A stretch of 29,526 nucleotides of DNA from Thermodesulfobacteriota bacterium (GTDB lineage Bacteria > Desulfobacterota > Desulfobacteria > Desulfobacterales > C00003060). The notes below the pieces were generated by a model. That model saw only the letters and a list, made by a program, of their open reading frames with translations, was not told the DNA's origin and did not search any database. The position numbers were made by a program, and so were the translations under genes. The stretch is from positions 1 through 29,526 of the forward strand of contig JAXHVD010000032.1 in NCBI GenBank assembly GCA_034189385.1. Direction: 5' to 3'. Positions 10,103 through 19,772 of the stretch are shown here, in pieces. Position 1 is the first letter of the stretch; every line of letters starts with the position of its first letter.

Positions 10103-11545
10103 ATGAAGGCCATTCTCGTTGCTTCTAACAACCAGTCCGCCTGTCAGGCCATTAGAGGCAGTCTGCGCAGGGAATACACAGTCGAGGTGACTTCCGAGAA
10201 GGATCGGGCCTTGGAGATGTTCAAAAGAAAGCGGTATGAATTCCTCTTCTTAGATGTAGAGATCCTACGCGAATCCACCCCTGACAATAACCTGAAAACG
10301 GCCCTTCAACCATTTTGGCAAGTCTACCCCACGGCCCAAATCATTGTCATGTCGTCCCAGGGCAAAATCAGGGAGGCCGTCATGGCCGTTAAGGCCGGAG
10401 CCAGTGACTACCTGACCTATCCAGTTGATCCCGACGAGGTCAGATATCTGACCGAGAGTGCCTATGAGTCACTGGTCATGGAATCAGAGCTGGACTACCT
10501 GAGAGATAGATTCTGGGAAGGAGGTTCCATTGATGTCGTCCGCACGCAAAGCCCCTTGATGCAAGATGTCTTCAACAAGATCCGATCTGTTGCACCGACT
10601 AAGAGCACGGTCCTCCTTGTCGGTGAAACAGGTACAGGAAAGGGCGTTCTGGCAGGACTGATCCACCAGCATAGCAACCGCAGGGACGGCCCCTTTATCG
10701 CTGTGCATTGTGGCGCCATACCCGACACACTTATAGAAAGTGAACTCTTTGGTCACGAGAAGGGCGCCTTCACCGGGGCTGTACGCAGAAAGCTTGGCAA
10801 GTTTGAAATCGCCCAAGGGGGAACCATGTTTCTGGACGAGATTGCCACCATTACGCCCACTGCCCAAATTAAGCTCTTGCAGGTACTACAGGATGGGACG
10901 TTTCATCGCGTGGGCGGGGAAGAGACTCTGGAGGCGAATGTCAGGGTTGTGGCAGCCACAAATATGGACCTTCAGCAACTCTGCGACCAGGGGCAGTTCC
11001 GAAGGGATCTCTATTACCGCCTGAACGTCTTTCCCGTAGATATCCCCCCCCTTAAGGAGAGGGCAGAAGACATTCCCCATCTCGTTGACGTTATACTCAG
11101 AAAACTCAACAAGTTCCATTCCAAGGAAATCCATGGCATAGATCCCGGGGTGCTAGACGCTTTTGAGGCGTACGCCTGGCCGGGGAATATACGTGAGCTG
11201 GAAAACCTTCTGGAAAGGGCTTACATCATCGAAGCAGCATCCATACTCGGTCCAGAGAGCTTTCCAAGTGACATCCTTCAAGATGGAACATCCATACCCT
11301 TGCAGAGTCTGCCCACGACTCACACACTTGCGGAGGCCAGGAGGAGGGGTGTAGAAGAGATAGAACGGTCCTATCTGAAAGGGCTTCTTACTGCTAAAGG
11401 AGGCCGAATCAAGGAGACGGCTGAGGCTGCAGGCATCACTACCCGCCAGCTACACAAATTGATGAAAAAACATGGCCTGCGGAAAGAAGACTTTAAGGCC
11501 ATCCCCCCCCAGGACAACTTTTCAGAACTGCAAGTTCCGAAATGA
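10103..11545 (+). CDS. sigma54-dependent enhancer-binding protein (NtrC/Fis family: receiver-like, AAA+, HTH)
   Basis: [49 protein letters not shown]-terminal [22 protein letters not shown]. Confidence 0.96.
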   Translation: MKAILVASNNQSACQAIRGSLRREYTVEVTSEKDRALEMFKRKRYEFLFLDVEILRESTPDNNLKTALQPFWQVYPTAQIIVMSSQGKIREAVMAVKAGASDYLTYPVDPDEVRYLTESAYESLVMESELDYLRDRFWEGGSIDVVRTQSPLMQDVFNKIRSVAPTKSTVLLVGETGTGKGVLAGLIHQHSNRRDGPFIAVHCGAIPDTLIESELFGHEKGAFTGAVRRKLGKFEIAQGGTMFLDEIATITPTAQIKLLQVLQDGTFHRVGGEETLEANVRVVAATNMDLQQLCDQGQFRRDLYYRLNVFPVDIPPLKERAEDIPHLVDVILRKLNKFHSKEIHGIDPGVLDAFEAYAWPGNIRELENLLERAYIIEAASILGPESFPSDILQDGTSIPLQSLPTTHTLAEARRRGVEEIERSYLKGLLTAKGGRIKETAEAAGITTRQLHKLMKKHGLRKEDFKAIPPQDNFSELQVPK

Positions 11546-11741
11546 AAGAAAAACGGAACTAAGGGTTCCCCACATCCAATCTCTGATTATCTCAATATGT
11601 TGTGCTCGATCTGCAGGTTTGTCTCCTTTCTAATGGCACCTCCCTCGACCAAGACCGGAACTGCTAGTTCCTGTCCGCCCCTCCTCCATTCATCTCAATA
11701 GTAGAGATTCCAATGGGTTAACCAAGTGGCACGGCAATTGC
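11524..11741 (+). promoter_or_regulatory. sigma54 promoter 2 with IHF-like site and three enhancer palindromes
   Basis: Palindromes at 11524-11538, 11555-11569, 11657-11671; TTCCAATGGGTTA 11708-11720; TGGCAC-GGCAA-TTGC 11727-11741. Confidence 0.85.
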
Positions 11742-11832
11742 CATGAGTAGAAGCGCTTGAGCGCGCCCCGAAGGAAGTCCTGGCGGGATCGCAGGAAAAA
11801 CTACACATAACAAGGCTTAAGGAGGTAGGAAA

Positions 11833-12210
11833 ATGAAGGTAAACAAGAGGTTATTGGCCGCAAGTCTTTGTATCCTATTATCATCACTGGTGTTCGTTTT
11901 TATGGCGAACGTTGGGCCAGCGCGAGCGTCGGACACACAACCCGCGCAAATGGATGAAGAGGACGCAGCAGGCAGTCTGTTTGAAACCGCCGATGCTTGG
12001 GCCGCCGAGAGTGAAGAGGAGTACAAGGAGGACGAGGACCAAGAGCCATTCAGAGAAGAAATGTCAGAAGAGGGCGAAGAGGGCTCTGAATACGAAAACG
12101 CCCCGTCAGGTGAGGAATATGAATCTTACACGCAGGAACCCTCTGATGAAGAGAGTTCTCACATGCCTCCACAAGGTGACGACGACCTCGCCCAGGCGCA
12201 AGCAGAATAG
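11833..12210 (+). CDS. Secreted, highly acidic low-complexity protein
   Basis: AAGGAGGT SD; signal peptide ending PARA; Glu/Asp-rich mature part. Confidence 0.8.
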   Translation: MKVNKRLLAASLCILLSSLVFVFMANVGPARASDTQPAQMDEEDAAGSLFETADAWAAESEEEYKEDEDQEPFREEMSEEGEEGSEYENAPSGEEYESYTQEPSDEESSHMPPQGDDDLAQAQAE

Positions 12211-12478
12211 GCAAGAGGAAGACACGGTATCTGTTGGATGAAAAAACCAGGCTTATCCCTTGCCCCTGCAGTGTTCGTGATCGAAAATTATATTTGCCAC
12301 AGGGAGGCAAATGCAAAGGCTCCATGTAAGGTTAACCCCTTTGTCGGGAGCGTTCTTCCTGGAAGAGCAATGCCTAAAAAAACCGAGACACGGCACCACG
12401 CGGGGGCAAGTTTTGGCCCATGAAAAGGCGCGATTGGCCCCAGCGAGTTCTCTTTTCGTCCTGGATTCTCAGAAGCAC

Positions 12479-12844
12479 ATGTTGGCAAAAAATAACAAGG
12501 AGTATTTCAGAGGCCTACTGATCCAGCAACTGGACGAGGTCTTAAAAAAGGCAGAAGCTGGTTCTATTGGTGCAACTGATTCCAAAGGCGCAGCTCCCGA
12601 TCTCATGGACCAGGCATCCTCGGAGACGGACAACGTACTGTCTTTCCGCATAAAGGAAAGGCAGAGTCGGCTGGCCAAAAGAATCAAAGCATCCCTGGCC
12701 AAGCTTGAAGACGGAACTTACGGAATCTGTGAGGAATGCGCCAGGGGGATCTCCGAAGAGAGACTGAGGGCTCGGCCAATAGCCAGGTTCTGTATTCGAT
12801 GCAAAGAAAAGCAAGAGTACGAGGAAAAACTTAGGGGGCTTTAG
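12479..12844 (+). CDS. dksA: DksA/TraR family C4 zinc-finger protein
   Basis: PDLMDQAS (DxxDxA tip), GTYGICEEC...ISEERLRARPIARFCIRCKE; start trimmed to ATG 12479 by typical length. Confidence 0.88.
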   Translation: MLAKNNKEYFRGLLIQQLDEVLKKAEAGSIGATDSKGAAPDLMDQASSETDNVLSFRIKERQSRLAKRIKASLAKLEDGTYGICEECARGISEERLRARPIARFCIRCKEKQEYEEKLRGL

Positions 12845-12874
12845 GCATCCCATCTAAACCCTCTGGCGCCGGAA

Positions 12875-13010
12875 ATGAACTACCCCGTAGCAAGGTATCA
12901 TATGTCATGCCGGACTTGATCCGGCATCCAGTTTGTTTCTCTGGATTCCGGCGTGCGCCGGAATGACGGATACGCGGCAAGCCGCGGGGAATGGACCCTG
13001 AGAGATTCAT
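12875..13010. repeat. Palindromic element (IS200/IS605-end-like) with a REP-like doublet inside
   Basis: ATGAACTACCCCG ... CGCGGCAAGCCGCGGGG ... TTCAT enclosing GTCATGCCGGACTTGATCCGGCATCCAG / CTGGATTCCGGCGTGCGCCGGAATGAC (12904-12967), inverted relative to 9209-9305. Confidence 0.7.
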
Positions 13011-13114
13011 CACTTGGGTATTCCCCAGTGCCGCCCTAAGAAAGAATCTCAAGTGTACCTTATGAGAACCAACGAAAACGGATGGAACGGCATCTTTGCT
13101 AGTGGACGGGATAG

Positions 13115-14209
13115 ATGGGATCGATTCGCTTGTTTCTGGCCTGTGCGGTTTTGGTATCACATGCCACGGCTTTGACCGTCGAAATCATGCCAGGACATGT
13201 GGCAGTCCAAGTCTTCTTCATCATATCCGGTTTCTACATGTCGTTGATTCTCAACGAGAAGTACTCTACGAGCACCTCTTTATTCTATACCAACAGGCTG
13301 TTCCGGCTCTTTCCCACCTACCTGCTCGTCCTTGTCCTGTCCTTTGCAGCTCTCTTTTCCTTCGACGTGGCGGCGTTCACCCGCACGGACAAATTTGAAG
13401 GTGTTTTTTCGCACGGGCTTGTCATGGCAGGGACCTATGCGTGGACAAACGTCGCAGTGTTGGGGCAAGAGATGCTGTTTCTACTAGGTGTAGACACTGC
13501 CAATTATTCTTTTTATTGGGCTGTGGACGGAGGCGCCTCAGCCAAGGCCTGGTCGTACATTTTGGTCCCACAAGCTTGGTCCCTTTCCCTGGAATTGTGT
13601 TTTTACGTCTTAGCCCCCCTTCTGCTGCGTCGCCGATGGTGCTGGGTCGGAGGCATCTTCTTCGCCAGTCTTTCGTTGCGGCTCTTTCTTGTCTCAAAGG
13701 GACCGGAATACGACCTGTTGTTGCGAAGATGCTTTCCTGCCGAGTTATGCCTATTTCTTCTTGGTTATTTTGGCTATCTCCTTTTCCTGAAGATCAAGGG
13801 CCGTCCTGGTAGACATTTCGGACTCCTCTCGTGGGTCGTGCTTCTGGCCGTGCTCTTGTCATTTGACAACATTACCGAAAAATACGCCTTCACTATTCTG
13901 GCCCTGACAACGGCCCTATGCATCCCCTTCATATTTAACGCCACAAGAAACAACCCACTGGACAGGTTCCTAGGAGACCTTTCGTACCCCTTCTATATGG
14001 TTCATTTTCTGATAGTGGCATTCTTTGATGACTATTTCGAGGAGTACCCTCTGTTGCCCTTGCTGGCCACAGTCTTGGTAGCCTCCTTGATCCTTTACTA
14101 TGCTGTAGACGGACCGATTGATCGCTGGAGGCAGCGACGCGTGGAAGCCGTCGCTGCCAAACCATTATCCCATAGTGAGGTGAGCAGAAGATGGAAGCTG
14201 TCACATTGA
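13115..14209 (+). CDS. Acyltransferase-3 (OafA-like) membrane O-acyltransferase
   Basis: RLFLACAVLVSH, AVQVFFIISGF, FYTNRLFRLFPTY, WSLSLELCFY, LGDLSYPFYMVH. Confidence 0.9.
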   Translation: MGSIRLFLACAVLVSHATALTVEIMPGHVAVQVFFIISGFYMSLILNEKYSTSTSLFYTNRLFRLFPTYLLVLVLSFAALFSFDVAAFTRTDKFEGVFSHGLVMAGTYAWTNVAVLGQEMLFLLGVDTANYSFYWAVDGGASAKAWSYILVPQAWSLSLELCFYVLAPLLLRRRWCWVGGIFFASLSLRLFLVSKGPEYDLLLRRCFPAELCLFLLGYFGYLLFLKIKGRPGRHFGLLSWVVLLAVLLSFDNITEKYAFTILALTTALCIPFIFNATRNNPLDRFLGDLSYPFYMVHFLIVAFFDDYFEEYPLLPLLATVLVASLILYYAVDGPIDRWRQRRVEAVAAKPLSHSEVSRRWKLSH

Positions 14210-14412
14210 GTTGTATTCAATGCGGAACAGAGTTTGTTTTCTCCGGTCAGGAACGGCAACGTTGCATGGCAAAGGGTTTTGGTGTGCCAAGGCGTTGCCC
14301 GGAGTGTCGCAAGAAGAAAGCCAAGGCAATGAAGACTAGTAATGGTTGGAGGGATATTACCAAGAGAAGGCGCACCCGCCGCAAAGAAGACTTCGAATGC
14401 TTTGAGTTGTGA
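14191..14412 (+). CDS. Small zinc-ribbon domain protein
   Basis: LSCIQCGTEFVFSGQE...KGF..PRRCPECR. Confidence 0.75.
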   Translation: MEAVTLSCIQCGTEFVFSGQERQRCMAKGFGVPRRCPECRKKKAKAMKTSNGWRDITKRRRTRRKEDFECFEL

Positions 14413-14527
14413 CCTCCACAGACCTTCGGGAAAAGGGCTCTCAGCTTAAGAACACGAAGAACCCTCTTGGGGCCCTAAAACGTCAGGCCAAGGGCGGCTC
14501 ACTATCAATCCGGGGGAGGAAAAGCCC

Positions 14528-14752
14528 ATGGGTTTAGGCATGAAGAAAACCGAGGAGCTGATCAAAATCGCCAGCGCGGGCGGTGGGTTTGCCCTGGAAG
14601 CAGGCCGGAGAACGACGGATGAACTGGCGAAGATCGCAACTGCGGCCAAACGATCTGGTGCTACCGTGACCTTTCGAAATATGGCCGTCAGGAAAACGGA
14701 CGACTTGGTCAGGATTGCCGCCGCCGGTAAGGGCCACGTCGTCTTTGACTAG
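14528..14752 (+). CDS. Small hypothetical protein with three internal repeats
   Basis: GGAGG SD; KTEELIKIA / TTDELAKIA / KTDDLVRIA. Confidence 0.75.
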   Translation: MGLGMKKTEELIKIASAGGGFALEAGRRTTDELAKIATAAKRSGATVTFRNMAVRKTDDLVRIAAAGKGHVVFD

Positions 14753-14918
14753 TGAGTGCATGCACATTTTATCATCGGGACGAACATGGCCAGTGAGGGC
14801 AGGGACAGAGGGAGACGACCCTAAGGTTGGCCTTGGGCCCCTGAGAAACGAACTGGCCTGGTTCAGATAGACAATGGAAAGGCTCGGTGAGGGCCTAATA
14901 TGGAGAAGGAGGGCAGAG

Positions 14919-15077
14919 ATGAAGAAGATAGAAAAAGACCTTCAAGGGCTGTTAGAAGGGCTAAAAGCGGTGACAGCACAGATAGACAGCCTGATAGACA
15001 GATGTGACAAGCTGCCGCGAGCTGAAGGCATGGGAAACAAAGAGGCCAAGAGCAAACCAACGGGTTCGCCGACGTAA
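14919..15077 (+). CDS. Small hypothetical coiled-coil-like protein
   Basis: AAGGAGGG SD before ATG 14919; heptad pattern IEKDLQGLLEGLKAVTAQIDSLI. Confidence 0.5.
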   Translation: MKKIEKDLQGLLEGLKAVTAQIDSLIDRCDKLPRAEGMGNKEAKSKPTGSPT

Positions 15078-15160
15078 CCCTAACGCTGCAACATTAGGGG
15101 TAAGTCAGGTGAAGGCCGCCTAACATCTTGTCATACAAGGAATCGGTCACATTCTAGGTT

Positions 15161-15188
15161 GAGGGCATGTCCGGCAGGACATGCCCTC
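15161..15188. other. Perfect 12-bp hairpin with GGCA (GNRA) loop
   Basis: GAGGGCATGTCC-GGCA-GGACATGCCCTC. Confidence 0.7.
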
Positions 15189-16311
15189 TGCTATGAAGGA
15201 AATGGAGTCTCCTCCCATGCCGGAATTTGAGATGAATGATCCACGGCTCTCTCTCATGGACGGGGCAAGCTCCCAGGTTCCGATCATTGCCCCCGAGCTG
15301 GAAAAGCAGAAAGAGATCGCATCAGACAGGAACCAACCCTTGGAGGATCGCTTGGAGGCCTATGAAGATATTCTTGATTCAGAGGTGGGTGACACAACCT
15401 TTTCCAGGGCACGGAACATGGAGCGCGAGGTGGGCTTGCGACAAATCTATTTCAAGTTTGAAGGAGGCAACCCCACGGGAACGCAGAAAGACCGCATCGC
15501 CTTCGTCCAAAGCATGGATGCCTTGCGTCGGGGCTTTGATGCCATCACCGTAGCAACCTGTGGCAACTACGGTGTGGCGGTAGCCCTTGCCGCCTCCATG
15601 GCGGGTTTGCATTGCATCATCTATATTCCTGAAGGGTACCACACCAAACGGGTTGAAGAAATGCGCGGGTATGGTGCGGAGATCATTCCCGTGCCGGGAG
15701 ACTACGAGAATGCCGTCACGGTCTCTCAAGCAAGGGCTGAATCCGACGAAATCTACGACGCAAACCCGGGTGGTGATAACACTGCGCTGCAGTTGAAGGC
15801 TTACGGCGAGATTGCCTACGAAATCTATGATGATCTCCGTGATGCGCCCGGAGTCGTTGCCCTGCCCGTCTCCAACGGCACCACCCTGGCGGGAATTTAT
15901 AAAGGATTCCTCAGTCTTTACCGACGGGGGAAGACCTCTCGGATGCCCCGCATGTTCGCCGGTTCTTCCCACGGAAAGAATCCCATTGTGAGGGCCTTTA
16001 TGAAGAACACTTTCCAGTGTGAGGACCTCAGGCCGGAGCGAATCCGGGGAACCCGCATAAACGAACCGCTCATCAACTGGCATGCCACTGACGGAGACCA
16101 CGCTTTGGAAGCCCTGAAAAACACTCGGGGCTGGACATCTCACGCCAGCGACAAGGCCATGGTCTCCTTCTCGCGCCTGCTGAGCAACCTGGAAGGTCTG
16201 AACGTCTTGCCTGCCTCCACGGCAGGGTTGATCGCCCTTGTTGAATGCCACAGGAAGGCCCCTCTGCCAGGCGATCGCTACGTGGTTGTGCTCACGGGAA
16301 GAAAATCATGA
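15181..16311 (+). CDS. PLP-dependent fold-type II enzyme, threonine synthase-like (start uncertain, may be 15193-15217)
   Basis: FKFEGGNPTGTQKDR (PLP lysine), ATCGNYG, LPVSNGT, PASTAG, VVVLTG. Confidence 0.88.
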   Translation: MPSAMKEMESPPMPEFEMNDPRLSLMDGASSQVPIIAPELEKQKEIASDRNQPLEDRLEAYEDILDSEVGDTTFSRARNMEREVGLRQIYFKFEGGNPTGTQKDRIAFVQSMDALRRGFDAITVATCGNYGVAVALAASMAGLHCIIYIPEGYHTKRVEEMRGYGAEIIPVPGDYENAVTVSQARAESDEIYDANPGGDNTALQLKAYGEIAYEIYDDLRDAPGVVALPVSNGTTLAGIYKGFLSLYRRGKTSRMPRMFAGSSHGKNPIVRAFMKNTFQCEDLRPERIRGTRINEPLINWHATDGDHALEALKNTRGWTSHASDKAMVSFSRLLSNLEGLNVLPASTAGLIALVECHRKAPLPGDRYVVVLTGRKS

Positions 16312-17414
16312 GCCCGAAAATCATGAGCCCATTGTCCGATGGCCACGCCATCGTCTACTGTGAAGGCGCCTTTGGGACGCCAAATGGCAAAACGGCCCAT
16401 GGGCTGGTCCGGCGCACAAGGCGCTATGAGGTCCTCTCCGTGGTGGACTCTTGCTGTGCGGGAAAGGACGCGGGGATGGTTTTAGACGGCAGCCCTAAAG
16501 GGATTCCTATCCATAACGACGTTCGCGGCGCGGTTGAGGCGGCCAGGAGAAATGGAGACACCGCCACCCACCTGGTCATTGGTCTGGCCCCCGATGGCGG
16601 CAGGCTCAGCCCGAAGGCCCGTAAAGATGTGATCCAAGCCATTGGGCTTGGTCTTAACGTAGACTCTGGTCTCCACGATTTTCTCTCAGAAAACGATGAC
16701 ATTTCAGCCCTGGCCGCCCAGCAGGGAGTAATCATTCGCGACATAAGAAAATGCCCCCCCCGAAAAGGACTTCACTTCTTCGAAGGAAAGATAGAAGAAG
16801 TCGACGCCCTAAAGGTCGCGGTCTTAGGAACGGACTCCGCTGTTGGCAAAAGAACCACGGCCTGGATTCTTGTGGATGCCCTCCAGGCCGCCGGTTGGAA
16901 TACCGAGCTCATTGGAACAGGACAGACAGCGTGGATGCAGGGAGTCCGTTATGGGATTATCCTTGACGCCCTCATCAATGATTTTGTTTCCGGTGAGATA
17001 GAACATGCCGTCTGGACGGCCTGGAAGGAGTCTCGGCCCCACGTCATCGTCATTGAAGGACAGGGAAGCCTCATGAATCCCGCTTATCCCGGTGGATTCG
17101 AAATACTGGCAGCAGGCAGGCCCGACGCGGTGGTGCTTCAACATGCCCCTGGGCGGCGAGAGTACGATGGTTTCCCCGGCTATTTCATCCACGGGCTGGA
17201 AAAACAGATAGAGGCGATTGAACTGCTGTCCGGCAAGCCGGTGGTAGCCATCACCGTCAACCATGAGCACTTGGAAGCAGGCCAGGTTCCCGCCGTGTGT
17301 CATGAGATTCGAAAAGCCACCGGCCGGCCTGCTTGCGATATGCTCTTGGAGGGCCCGGGACCCATTGTCAAGGCCCTGCGGCCCTATCTCAAAGGTCAAC
17401 AGGTGAAATTCTGA
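16308..17414 (+). CDS. DUF1611 family protein (DgcN-like)
   Basis: GKTAHGLVR, SGLHDFL, LGTDSAVGKRTTA, GTGQT, DFVSGEIE, IEGQGSL; ATGA overlap with upstream gene. Confidence 0.9.
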   Translation: MSPKIMSPLSDGHAIVYCEGAFGTPNGKTAHGLVRRTRRYEVLSVVDSCCAGKDAGMVLDGSPKGIPIHNDVRGAVEAARRNGDTATHLVIGLAPDGGRLSPKARKDVIQAIGLGLNVDSGLHDFLSENDDISALAAQQGVIIRDIRKCPPRKGLHFFEGKIEEVDALKVAVLGTDSAVGKRTTAWILVDALQAAGWNTELIGTGQTAWMQGVRYGIILDALINDFVSGEIEHAVWTAWKESRPHVIVIEGQGSLMNPAYPGGFEILAAGRPDAVVLQHAPGRREYDGFPGYFIHGLEKQIEAIELLSGKPVVAITVNHEHLEAGQVPAVCHEIRKATGRPACDMLLEGPGPIVKALRPYLKGQQVKF

Positions 17415-19768
17415 TGCTACGCAAAGAGACGAGACAACAGAAGCCGTACCTTGAAAGCGACCCGCTGGAGGGTTTGGCGGTCATCCCACGGCTCGAGGTG
17501 GGACCGGTCCGGCTGGAGAAAAACCGGCTCACCACCCCCTACAGGGTGAGTAAAAACAACAGCACTGACACCATGGAACTGGTGTACCGGTTCGCGGAAG
17601 ATGTCTTCGTTCCAGATGAAGAGGACTCCATCAATCTTGCGGCAATGATTGGAGTGCAGGTGGCTTTAAACTATGGGCTATTTTGCCATGAGATCGTTTT
17701 CCGCGGGCAGTTCAACAAAGAAGACCAGCAATTCATCAAGGCCATGGCCTCCAATACGGCTCGCGAGATCTTTGTGAAGAAGTTTCTCCAACCGAATCCT
17801 TTTCTCCTCCCTCAAGCGACCAATATTGCCCCTGTTAAGAAAAAGAGTTACCTTCGGGCCGAGTTGATTTTTCCCGACCAAGACAGCCCGCCTTCCCTTG
17901 GAAGGAAAAGAGGCAGAAGCACGATGGGCCAGTGGAACGGAGATTCAACAAGACATGCGGTCCTTTCAAGCGGAGGGAAGGACAGTCTTTTGACCTTCGG
18001 CCTCTTAAAGGAGATGGGCTGTGAGGTGCACCCCATATTCATCAACGAGTCCGGGCGACACTGGTTCACGGCCTTGAATGCTTACCGCCATTTTGTGGCC
18101 TCTCATCCGACGACAGCGCGGGTGTGGACAAACTCGGACAGGGTGTTCAACTGGATGTTGAGACATCTTCCCTTCGTCCGCCAGGATTTTGCCAGAGTCC
18201 GATCAGACGAATATCCCATCCGTTTATGGACGGTGGCCGTTTTCATCTTCGGAGCATTGGCCGTCATTAGAAAACGGGGCATTGGCCGTCTTCTCATTGG
18301 AGATGAGTTCGACACAACCCACAAGACGTCCTTTAAAGGAATTGTCCACTATGACGGTCTCTACGACCAAAGTCGATACTTCGACGCCGCCCTTACCCGG
18401 TACTTTCACCGCAAGGGATGGGGTGTCAGCCAGTTTTCCATACTGCGACCCCTGTCCGAGCTTCTGGTCCAGAAGATTCTGGTTGAACGCTATCCCGAGC
18501 TCCACCGTCACCAGGTTTCGTGCCATGCCAGTCATGAGGAAGCAAATGAGATTCGTCCCTGCGGCCGTTGTGAAAAGTGCCGTCGCATCGTGGCCATGCT
18601 GTCGGCCCTGGGAGCAGACCCGGCCCAGTGTCGTTACGGGCGCCAACAGATCGACCGCTGTCTGGCTGACCTCATGACCAAGGGAATTCATTCCGAAATC
18701 CCTGTAACCGAGTATTTGGCCCTCTTGCTTAAAGAAAAAGGCCTGATTCCAGCGCCGCACATCGGGTCGATCCAGGCACGTCAAAGAGAGGAAATCATGA
18801 ATCTGAGATTCCACGATGAGAAATCTCCTGTAGACGGTATTCCCGCAGACCTCCGTGAGCCCCTGTTTCGCCTTTGTCTTGAGCACGCAGACAATGACTC
18901 CACCTTCAAGAAGCCGGCCCCCATTGAACCCACCAAGGCGGTCTCCTCAGTTGCGTATCGTGACAGAGAAGAGGATGAAGGAGTTGACGATAGCCCCCTA
19001 TTGGCCCTCATGACGTGGCCTGAAGCAAAAAAGCGATTCAAATCCGTGGATGTAGCGCTCCTTCCTGTGGGTGCCATAGAACAACACGGCCCGCACCTCC
19101 CTTTAGATGTGGATGCCTTTGATGCCGAGTACCTGGCCCATGAGGTGGCAAAGGCCTGCACCGAGCCAATGCCGATTGTGCTTCCCTTAATCGCCTATGG
19201 TGTTTCCTACCACCATGAAGACTTTAGCGGAACCATCAGCGTGAATCCCGAAACGTTATCTAACCTAGTCTACGACATAGGCATGAGCGCTGCTCGTCAC
19301 GGCATCAGAAAACTGCTGATTATCAACGGACATGGCGGAAACGCTCCGGCCCTTCATTTTGCCGCCCAGATGATCAACCGAGATGCCCACATCTTCACCT
19401 GCGTTGACACTGGCGAGACGAGCGATCCTGACATCTACGCCATGGCAGAGACCCCGAATGATGTCCATGCCGGAGAGATCGAGACCAGTACCACCTTGGC
19501 GGTCCGCCCTGAGGTGGTGAGACTTGAGGCCGCAAAGAAATTCATTCCTCGATTTTCCAGCACATACCTCAATTTCACCTCTAAAAGGAGCGTGACATGG
19601 TACACCCACACATCCAAGATTTCTCCTTCCGGGGTCCTGGGCGACCCCACAAAGGCCACGGCAGAGAAAGGAAGGCGTATGTGGAAAAAGATGATAACGA
19701 ACTTGGTGGAACTTGTGGAACATCTCAAAAGCATGACCTTGAAGGAACTCTATCAGAAACGGTATTAG
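17414..19768 (+). CDS. Fusion: N-terminal PP-loop ATP-pyrophosphatase with Cys/Zn motif (QueC/MurL-like) + C-terminal creatininase-family amidohydrolase
   Basis: LSSGGKDS, SCH...PCGRCEKC; then LLPVGAIEQHGPHLPLDVD, NGHGGN, HAGEIETS, GVLGDP; TGATG overlap fixes start at 17414. Confidence 0.85.
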   Translation: MLRKETRQQKPYLESDPLEGLAVIPRLEVGPVRLEKNRLTTPYRVSKNNSTDTMELVYRFAEDVFVPDEEDSINLAAMIGVQVALNYGLFCHEIVFRGQFNKEDQQFIKAMASNTAREIFVKKFLQPNPFLLPQATNIAPVKKKSYLRAELIFPDQDSPPSLGRKRGRSTMGQWNGDSTRHAVLSSGGKDSLLTFGLLKEMGCEVHPIFINESGRHWFTALNAYRHFVASHPTTARVWTNSDRVFNWMLRHLPFVRQDFARVRSDEYPIRLWTVAVFIFGALAVIRKRGIGRLLIGDEFDTTHKTSFKGIVHYDGLYDQSRYFDAALTRYFHRKGWGVSQFSILRPLSELLVQKILVERYPELHRHQVSCHASHEEANEIRPCGRCEKCRRIVAMLSALGADPAQCRYGRQQIDRCLADLMTKGIHSEIPVTEYLALLLKEKGLIPAPHIGSIQARQREEIMNLRFHDEKSPVDGIPADLREPLFRLCLEHADNDSTFKKPAPIEPTKAVSSVAYRDREEDEGVDDSPLLALMTWPEAKKRFKSVDVALLPVGAIEQHGPHLPLDVDAFDAEYLAHEVAKACTEPMPIVLPLIAYGVSYHHEDFSGTISVNPETLSNLVYDIGMSAARHGIRKLLIINGHGGNAPALHFAAQMINRDAHIFTCVDTGETSDPDIYAMAETPNDVHAGEIETSTTLAVRPEVVRLEAAKKFIPRFSSTYLNFTSKRSVTWYTHTSKISPSGVLGDPTKATAEKGRRMWKKMITNLVELVEHLKSMTLKELYQKRY

Positions 19769-19772
19769 AAAA

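Noticed and set aside
12311..12478. N-terminal extension of DksA in the ORF track
   Set aside because: Not DksA-like; ATG 12479 gives a typical length of about 120 aa
15181..16311. Calling the PLP enzyme thrC
   Set aside because: Motifs diverge from canonical threonine synthase and the context has no hom/thrB
17414..18900. Calling the PP-loop domain queC (queuosine or 7-deazaguanine system)
   Set aside because: Domain is much longer than QueC and no queD/queE/folE/tgt/dpd genes are nearby
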